64,000 nucleotides of DNA from Paramecium tetraurelia (lineage: Eukaryota). A program made the position numbers and the translations under genes. Location: contig CT868618.1 in assembly GCA_000165425.1 (NCBI GenBank), forward strand, positions 124,001-188,000, written 5' to 3'. Within the stretch, counting starts at the first letter, position 1. Each line of letters begins with the position of its first letter. The notes under the pieces were generated by a model, which was not told the origin of the DNA, did not search any database, and worked only from the letters and a program-made list of their open reading frames with translations. Positions 54,746 through 64,000 of this stretch are shown here, piece by piece.

Positions 54746-57700
54746 ATGGATTAAGAATTAATAATCAGCCCAAATGATAAAAAATAATATTCTTTAACAA
54801 CACTTCCAAACCAATTAGAATGTCTAATAATATCAGATCCAAATACAAAAATATCTGGAGCATGTTTAGAAATATGTGTAGGATGGGTAAATAATTAATA
54901 CAAATTTTAGCTTGATGATCCAAAAGAATATTAAGGCATAGCTCATTTTTGTGAGCATATGCTTTTTATGGGATCTGAAAAATATCCAACCTAAAATGAT
55001 TATACCTCCTTTATCTAATTGAATTCAGGATCATACAATGCATCAACTTGGCTTCAAAGTATAAATTTTATATAATAATTAAGGAACAAAGTACCATTTC
55101 AGTATTTAGAATGATGCCTTTGTTGGAGGTTTAGATAGATTTGCATAATTTTTTATATGTCCTCTTTTTGATAGTAGTTGTATCGAAAGAGAAATGAATG
55201 CAGTGGAAAGTGAATTCAATTTGTCCTTAGCTGATGATCAATCAAGACTATGGGAGTAATTATATTATTAAATGCTCTCTTTAGAATCTTTGTTCAATAA
55301 AGTGATCCCGAATCTACCTTTAATCGTTTTGGCTGCGGTAATCTACTTACTTTAAATAAACCTGACATAAGAGATCAGTTGTTAGCATTTTATGATAAAT
55401 ATTACTGTTCCTCCTTAATGAAATTAGTTGTTTACACGGATAAAAGTATCCAGGAAGTTGGATAAATGTATTTAATATATTAGTAATCTAGAGTTCACGA
55501 TATTTTTTCTTTGGTCCCAAATAAGGGTCGAAATAAGCCATTACATCTTGATAACCCTTTCAGAGGATAATTTCCTAAAGTTGATGTAGTTGGAATCAAA
55601 TAAGAAGATTATCTATTCTTGAACTTTGTCATTCCTAATTATGAGGACAAATATTTAGGACAACCAGAAAGCTATATTACTCATGTCTTAGGACATGAAG
55701 GCTAAAACTCATTGGCTTCTTTTCTTAAAGATGAAGGGCTTGTCACTGAATTAATCGTTGGATCTCAAAGGCTAAATGATAAGGTCTCAGAGATTTATTT
55801 AGAAATCGTTTTGACAGAGGAAGGATTCCAATCATACGAAAAAGTCATAGCCTTTGTGTTCAAATAGATTGAGAAAATCAAGGAAAAAGGAGTCAAAAAG
55901 GAAATCTTTGATGAACTTGCCTAAATTAAGCATCTTGAATTCAAATTTAAGGAAAACACATCCTCTGTTTTAGAATACATTGAAAAACTCAGTGAAAACA
56001 TGCACAAATACCCTAAAAATCATATTATTTATGGAGAATATGCTTATGAAAAGTATGATCCTTAATCTATTAATGAAATACTCAAATATCTTAATCCAAA
56101 TAATATGATTATTTTCCTCAGAAGCCCAAACTTGTATTTTAATTCATAAATTATATAGTGCTGATGAAAAAGATAATGAAGATTTCATTACTGAGCCCTT
56201 CTGTAAAACTAGGTATAGAAAATAGTAAATTTCAAATTCGATCTTTTAAATTATTAAAAATTGCAATAATTTAAAGGGAGTCAAAACACAAAAAATAATT
56301 GATATTTTCCCTCCAAACCTATATCTCCCACAAAATTTTGATATAATTAAAGAGACTGATGATAATGAATACCCAGTTAAGATCTTTGAAAATGATTATA
56401 TCAGATGCTTCTATTTGAAAGATAATCAATTTCCTATATGCAAAGGTTCTTACGGGATTTAATTGTTTCCAAATTAAGATTTTGTGACAGATGAAAATGA
56501 AAGGGTTTTATTTGATCTATGGTCAAATATATTCTATTCTTAATTTGAAGAAACTCTATACAATGCAGAATGTGCAGGAATCTCATACAATCTAGATTCA
56601 GCCTATAACTGTGTTTCTTTTAAAGTACATGGATTTAATGATAGCATTTTAAGATTTTACAAAGATTTTATTCAATATTTATTAGATTTTCACAAATAAC
56701 CAAAAAATTATGTTAAGAAACATATATTTCATGTTCAAAAGGATGATTTGGAAGATAGATATGAGAATTATTTTATGAAAAGCCCATATGATTTAAATTC
56801 TAGTTATTGGAAATGCATGGTTTATAAAACAGGAAAGTTTATGAAAGAATAATTGACTGAAGTTGAAATCAAAATGAATGATTTCATCTCTTTCACTGAA
56901 AAACTATTCAAAACTGTAAGAATGCAAATATATATTCATGGCAACATCTCAAAAGACACTGCCTTGAATTTGTGTTAAATTACCCACGATCTATTTTCTG
57001 AATTTTCATAACCCAACAAATCGATACAACCTTTGTAAATAATGAAGATTCAAAAAAATTAAACTTTTAAATTTGAGAAACTAATTACAGAAAATCCTGA
57101 TGAACCTAATTCAGGCTTGAGGATATCATATTAAGGAGACTAATCGCTTGATCCTACTCTTCTTTTATATTTTGATTTGCTCAATTCAATCATTTCTGAT
57201 CCATTTGAAAATTAACTTAGAACAAATGAGTAGCTTGGATATGTAGTCTATACAAATAAAAGCAATAGAAGAGGAATACATTTCTTTAATTTTATTATCA
57301 TATCAGAAACTAAGTCAACCAAATATATTGCTAACCGTATTGACACTTTTCTATAAGACTTTTTAGCTAAAGATTTAGCTGAAGTAATTATTACAATTAA
57401 CTTTAGTTTAATGAAGAGAAATTTGAAAAGGTCAAACTGAGTTATTATAAAGACTAATCATAGGATTTTTAAAATATGAATGAAAAATTCAAAGATTTTT
57501 GGAATGAGATTTTGATTAACTAATATGATTTCGATAAAAGTAACATATATTTTAACAATTAGAATAAAAACTAAAAGAGAGAATAGATTCAATAACTCAT
57601 GAAAAATTCTTAACCTTTGTTCAAAATCTATTTAAGGACTCAAAGAGACTAGAAATTCATATTGTTAATAAAAGGCATTTAGATTGGGAATTAGAACATG

Positions 57701-57753
57701 AAGAAAAAATAACTGAATGTGAATGGTACAATGATTTATTTTAATTAAATTGA
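54746..57753 (+). CDS. Insulin-degrading enzyme / pitrilysin (M16A metallopeptidase)
   Basis: GIAHFCEHMLFMGSEKYP (HxxEH), REMNAVESEF, HVLGHEG, QLRTNEQLGYVV. Confidence 0.95.
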
Positions 57754-57899
57754 GTTTATGAAAATTTATAATGATATTATCTTGGATTTTTCATTTTAGA
57801 ATAATTTGAGCATTAATGAAATATGTTGTTATAAAAATTAACATTAATTTATTTTACTTAAAACGAAATTATTATGAGTTTAGATTATATATATTTATT

Positions 57900-59378
57900 T
57901 CATTAATTTGATCTATTATAAAGGGGGTGGTTAGTTTTAAATATTATATTTAAGTTCGAAATCTGATGCTGTTAAACATAATTAGGCAATAGCTTTATTA
58001 AGTGGTTTGTTTGAGGATACATCCATAGTTTTATTGGATATTGAATTTCTTAAATTTATATTAGCTCTTCATTATTTCTTTTTCTTAAATTTTCAAACTA
58101 ATATATTTCATTAATTTTATGTTCGAGTTAATCAATCCAATTAGAACTTTTAATTTTTCTATTTTTCAGAAAGATTTTACTTAATTTATTAAAATGCTAT
58201 TTCTAATCGACTAAAGATTTTAGACGCTTTAATGGTCGAGATATAAAAATTTATGCTATGTAATTCATTACTACTAATGATGATAGTGATCCTAGACAAA
58301 AATATAATTGATAAAGTATCTATTAAGATACTCTAGTTTGCATTTAACTAATAAGCTAATCCAATTTTTATTAATAAACATTTTCTTCAATTTATAAAAT
58401 AAGTATTTATGATTTTATTTATTGTGTTCTTATGAGTTAATGGAATGTTTCATTTGTTTAAAGGCAAAGTGTTTGCTTTAGTTCTGGTAAACACTAAGTT
58501 TGGAAGTCATTTAAAATTGTATATTTTAAAATATCCTGAAAGTTAGTTTCATTTAAACCTGTTAAACTTTGATTTTAGATAAATTTAAAGTCTAAGGAAA
58601 AATTCTTATAATAAGAGCTAATTAGGAGTCTTCCAGCCATGTCAATTAATGATATTTTGATTCCATCTATTTAAAAGTTAAAGACAGAAAAAGTGCTCAT
58701 ATTGTAATCGTGCCCAATAACCCCTTTTTAAATAAGGTCTTAATCCTTCATGGTTGCAGTTTCAGTGAACATAACTCCACTGAACATTGAAATATATGGA
58801 TCGCTTAATACATACAAACTTGTATTTTATTTAAGCTAATGATTCTCATACCAAGGTCTAGAATGAGGAAAATAATTTTTTAAAATAAATGTTGGATAAA
58901 TTGAAAAATATTAATCGTCTTGACTAGAAACAAAATATAGTTTCTCAACAGGTATTTAATGTTTCAAAGAGTCCAACACATTTGTCAGTGTAAAATAATC
59001 GCTAATATTAGTTAAACTCGATTAGTTAGGTACTAAATAGCAAAATTAATTGGTTTCTTTTTTAAAATATTCACAAATTCCGCTGTTTTCTTATGTTTAG
59101 ATGTTATACTATTTCATTAACAAAAAAATTTCTTAAATTGATCTTATTGATTATTGGCTTTAATAGTTTACTTGTTCTATGCTTCTAGCATAAATTCTCA
59201 AAGCCTCTGTTGTAAGAATTTCAATATTAGATAAAAGCATTTTTCTTTAATTTTCTTCTTGTTATTTGAGTAATAAATTTTGAACAAATAATAAATACCC
59301 AGTTACTAAAGTAGCCACAAGTAAGTTTGCAATTATTTGTAAAATTAATATTTGTGATCTAATTTTCCATTGCCTCAT
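57900..59378 (-). CDS. TM-Cache-like-TM-HAMP-like membrane sensor without an output domain
   Basis: N-terminal KIRSQILILQIIANLLVATLV TM; FPHSRPWYENH, LSDPYIS and GVIGHDY (dCache-like); second TM then ISRPLKRL...WIDQL (HAMP-like); short tail. Confidence 0.65.
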
Positions 59379-60378
59379 TAGTCAAATTTAATAATAAAAT
59401 TAATGAAATTATGGATATATTATACAGGATACAAAGGAATTAGTAAATATTTCTTTGAAAACTGGAGTATTAATGATTAATTTAGTTGTTTTAATAAACA
59501 TAATACTTAAACGTATAAATGTTTCTTTACAAAAAACTAATTTAGAAGTAAATCAAAAATTACAAATATATACTTAAATATAAATACACTGACAAGTATG
59601 TAATTTTTAAACATTAATCCAAGGATAGAAGGTAAAATTATGGTCGAGCAGGGATTCTTTTTTTTAGCATTTTTTCCTTAAAAGAAGATTTGTGGAAAAT
59701 TTCAAAAATAATGTTTTCCTAAAATCAAAATATAATTTGCAAAATTAATTCGAATTTCATTGTCTCTTTTCAATTTAAAAAGATTAGTTCTAATTATAAT
59801 TTAATTTAATCGCACTTAAATACTATTATTTTCAAAATACTATAAAATTAGATCTATGAAGGTTACTTCTAATTTAAATTAGTTTATAGTCTTTAATATG
59901 CAAACTTTTGTTAACTTTGTTTCCAAAAAATCTCATTTACCTATCAATTGGATTCAACTTTCTTATTCAATACAATTAGTATGGAAACCATTGACTTACT
60001 AAAAAGTCATAATAGTTTTTGTATTTAATATAAGTTCGAATTTCCTTATTTTCTTATATCTAGGCCTTTCATATCATTTATATTTGTGTAAAATATTAAA
60101 CAAGATATATAAATTGAGAATATCATTTTTAATCCTGAGATGCATTTTATTAAACATTATAAGCATCATAAAATTAATCAAAAATTAATTCATCTTGGTA
60201 CATTTTCAAACAAAATGAGAATTAATGGTAATTTCTCAAAAATTAAAAAATAGATTTCTTGAACCTAATATTAGGATTATTTCAATTTAGATTTTAAACT
60301 AATACATTTTATTTTACTACCTTACGATTTTCTTAGATATTTTTGCTTAAAATATTAATTATTCTTGAATATTGATTT

Positions 60379-62972
60379 ATGTTTTCGAAAAAATAATAGG
60401 CTCCTTTTAAGGTTCATTTATCAATGATAATATTACAAATATTTCATTTCATAAGATAACTGATATCTTACTATTATCGTAAGGATTAATTTGTCATATT
60501 TTTGATGTCGAATTGTTTATTCCAAATGGCATCAGAAGTCTTATTAATTAATAAGATGAAATTTGGCTAAAAGAATGTATAATTTGTATTCATATTGATT
60601 AATGTTGTTCTCTTTTAGGTAGAATCAATTAAATATGGCTTTGAAAATGTGGAATGTAATTCATTGTTTATCATTATAATATTTTTACTGAAAGATTGTT
60701 AACACTAACATACTAATACTGAAAAAAAAATTTAGTAAGCGATGAAAATTGGTTTACTTTTAGTTATTTTTTTCAGTTTCACACACTTTAAATTGGATAT
60801 TGAAGATAATAGAACTATTTTTTATTATTTTAGAATTTTTAATTAGAAGTTAAATGTAGCACTTTCTATTTACCTATTATCGGAGGAAAATGAAAAATAA
60901 GATTAAGAAAAGAAAATGCATTGTTTGTCGATTATAGATGAAAAAGTTATACCAATGTAATAAAAAGTACTGGAATAGAGGGAATGTCGAAAAAAAGGAA
61001 CAAAAAGATATTCCTTTTAGGAATTAAGTGAGTTGATTACTGAAAGAAAATTAACTTATTAAAAATACTAATCTACTTTTTCTATTGATGAAAATATATT
61101 ATTAGAATTTTTATCAGAAGCAGTAATAATTATTAAGTTTGAGAAAAATGAAGACTCTATCTATAAACCTCGAGTTGATTATTAAAATTCAATAAGTAAA
61201 GTTATGTTTTAGAAGAGTAATTCAGATTTAATAACATTTTTTGAAAAAATTTCCAGTGAAATTCTAAGCGATGATTCACCTGTTAATCCTAGAAGCTCTC
61301 TATTATCATTTTAGAGTCTTGCATAACAATAGTATAAAAATATGAAAAGATCAAATAAATTTAACCCATAATAATTTATAGTAACAGAGTTAAAACCAAA
61401 TATAAAATGTGGAGATCAATCTCTCTCGCCAAGATTGAGATCTTTAACCATTTAAGTATATCTATAATTAAATTAGTTAAATACTGTTTAGAAATGTATG
61501 TACTATGTTTTTAATACAAAGAGGTAACGGTTTGAAGTGAATGGCAAAGCAGAAGCTTTGATAATTGAAACAAACTTTGAGATTGATGGCTAAAAAAAAA
61601 CTGTAGAAATAATCATTACAATTGGGGGTGAAGACCAAATACTTATGATAGCGAGAGATGTAATGCATAGAAAAAACATAAAAGAACTTCTAGAAATAAA
61701 TTAATCTAAATCTAAGATTTTATCATTTGTAAGTCATGAATTTAGATCTCCATTAAATGTTATGATAAATGTTCTCTAAAATATGAAATAGGATAATAGT
61801 ATTAGTGATTCGGTATTGTAAAATCTTACAATTGTTTTGGAGAATTCTTTTTACATGCTAAATTTGTCCAATGATTTGCTTGATTTAGCTCAAATTAAAA
61901 ATGAAACCTTTAGTTTAAATTTAAAAACAATGGATATTATACAATTAGGAGAAGAATGCATCAAAATGTTTTAATTATAGGCCAGACAAAAAAACATATT
62001 GTTATTTATAAAGACTAATATTAAACCATTATATTTATACACTGATAGGAATAGATTGAAATAGATAATTATAAATCTATTAGCAAATGCGATGAAATTC
62101 ACATCTAAAGGGAATATAATAATTAAGATTTAATAAAAAGGGTTGTTAGTGGACATTGGAGTTGAAGATACTGGCTTAGGAATCTCATAATAAGATCAAT
62201 CTAAACTATTTAAAGCTTTTGGCAAACTCAAAGATAGGGAACATTAGAAATTAAATGAATAAGGAGTTGGCCTAGGTCTAGTAATTAGTCATAAAATAGC
62301 ATAATAATTATCATTTGATGGATAAGGATTATAAGTAATTTCTAAAGATGCAACTTAAGAAGACCATGGATCATACTTTTATTTGACACTAAAAATTAAG
62401 TATTTTCACACAAAAACCAATTTATATTAACTTTAGCAAGTCTAAATTAACGATAAAGAGTCTCTAATATAAGACACATAAATAGAGTTTTAATAAATTA
62501 GACTAACAATTAATAAAGATGCTCATTCTTTTGCTGATGCTGAAAAATTTTCTGTTAAAAGCACTTGTAAACATATCCTAATAGTTGATGATAACATATT
62601 CAACTAAGACGTTTTAGAAATGCTTATAAAATAATTGTAAATTCTATTTGCTTTTATGATAGTACAAATACTCAAATTGATAAAAGTAATAGCGGATTAG
62701 AAGCAATTGAGTCTGTGAAATCTAAGAAATGCAATGAAAGCTGTATAGGGTATTAAGCCATATTTATGGATATGGAGATGCCAGGTTTAAATGGAATGTA
62801 AGCATCTGCCCAAATTTTAAAAATTGATCCAAAAATTAAAATATTCATAGTTTCTGGATATGATAAATCTCAATTTGATGGGGAAGTCAATACTATTAGG
62901 ATTAAAGATTATATTGTAAAACCAATCCATAAAGATGTCATTTAAAAGATAATATTAGAAAATTATCTATGA
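60379..62972 (+). CDS. Membrane hybrid histidine kinase (HisKA-HATPase-receiver)
   Basis: H-box SFVSHEFRSPLN, N-box NRLKQIIINLLANAMKFT, G1 DTGLGI, F FKAFGK, G2 GVGLGL; receiver ILIVDDN, FMDMEMPGLNG, KP. Confidence 0.93.
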
Positions 62973-63004
62973 ATTTTACAAGCAAGTGAAAATGAAAAGT
63001 ATTA

Positions 63005-63912
63005 TCAAACTTTATTTTTTAAATTCCTAGCCAACATCTCTTATTCTTTATATTTATTTATTCTTCTCCTCAACTCATCCTACTTTTGATCGGTTACCTT
63101 TTCTTTGAATAATTCCGGTTACACTATTATTATTTAATTATTATACATTACATAATTTTGTTATCATTTTATCCTCTTTCACAAAATCAGATGAAGTTTT
63201 TAATTAAAGTGGAAATCTGCCTTTAGTATTGATTAATTATTTTGTCGGGGATGGTAACTAATTTGCATAACTATAATACTTTAAACATTTCGAGTTATTG
63301 TTCTTCCTCTTTCAATATTTATTCAAATTCTTTTATAGATCTGCAGTTCAAATTTGATTTTGGAGGTTTGTTGAAGCTTTTGTAATCGTATGATTTTGAA
63401 TCAAATAAGTTACTCATGTCTTTATAATGCTACTCATTGTTTAAATCTAGATTCTAAGCATTCTACATAGATTGAAATTGCTCTGGCTCAAGAAGACTTT
63501 GGTAATTTGAGATGCCAGTTGTAATTTTCATTTAAGGTTAGTTCTTTGAAAATGAAACAGGAAATACAAATTATTTATCTCTCTATGTTTATGACATAAA
63601 TGATTTATTTGTCGTTGTAAAATGTTCTAAATTAGGAAGTTGTTTAGGTCTTGGACATTGAGAATACCATAAAAATTTATTTCCCTTTGGAGTGTAGTAA
63701 GTGAATCTAGATTGCAATGATTTTGCTTTAGCCGGTAAATATGAAGGTTTAAGAGCCAACTTTAATCGTTATTTAAACCCAACACGTCCTGTCAAAGAAG
63801 GATCGAATTCTTTAATATAATCTCCTGTCTTGTAAACTCTTTACTTTTCCCCAGTCTTATTGTTTATTAGGTAATAATTATTTGTTTCTTAATCATTCCA
63901 AAATGAGATCAT
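63005..63912 (-). CDS. Hypothetical protein
   Basis: MISFWNDQETNNYYLINNKTGEKQRV...EFDPSLTGRV; small intron near 63060-63090. Confidence 0.65.
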
Positions 63913-64000
63913 TTTTCTCTATTAAAAATTATATTATAATCATTTAGTTAAAGCAATTTATTGGTTATCTTTTTAGTAACCACTTTATTCCTCTTAATCC

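Noticed and set aside
59400..60370. Possible tRNA, IES or transposon in the long AT-rich spacer
   Set aside because: No cloverleaf, terminal inverted repeats or transposase seen; IESs cannot be called without a germline/somatic comparison.

Overview
AT-rich, gene-dense eukaryotic DNA with the hallmarks of a Paramecium-type ciliate macronuclear chromosome. TAA/TAG read as Gln, TGA is the only stop, and GT-AG introns are tiny (about 20-32 nt). Epiplasmin and trichocyst matrix protein genes support the assignment. The supplied ORF track uses the standard code and is largely misleading, so I re-translated by hand with the ciliate code and found about 38 protein-coding genes. Recognisable products: cytochrome-b5-fused desaturase, Myb protein, Ctr copper transporter, U1-70K, pseudokinase, epiplasmin, U2AF65, CCDC162-like giant protein, MATCAP-like tubulin carboxypeptidase, amino-acid transporter, saccharopine dehydrogenase, dynein LC8, RING-H2 ligase, kinesin, CEP83-like, Cys-rich membrane protein, Hikeshi-like, Vti1 SNARE, P-type ATPase-like protein, macro-domain protein, DHHC palmitoyltransferase, TMP, insulysin, a Cache/HAMP sensor and a hybrid histidine kinase. 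Most notable: (1) an intact P2C-type ATPase homolog that has lost the phosphorylated Asp and other catalytic motifs; (2) a +1 frame break at TTC-TGA-G inside saccharopine dehydrogenase; (3) an output-less TM-Cache-TM-HAMP sensor head-to-head with a hybrid histidine kinase; (4) intergenic spacers of only 6-19 nt. No rRNA, tRNA, CRISPR or transposon was recognised. Family assignments come from motif recognition by eye, not database searches.
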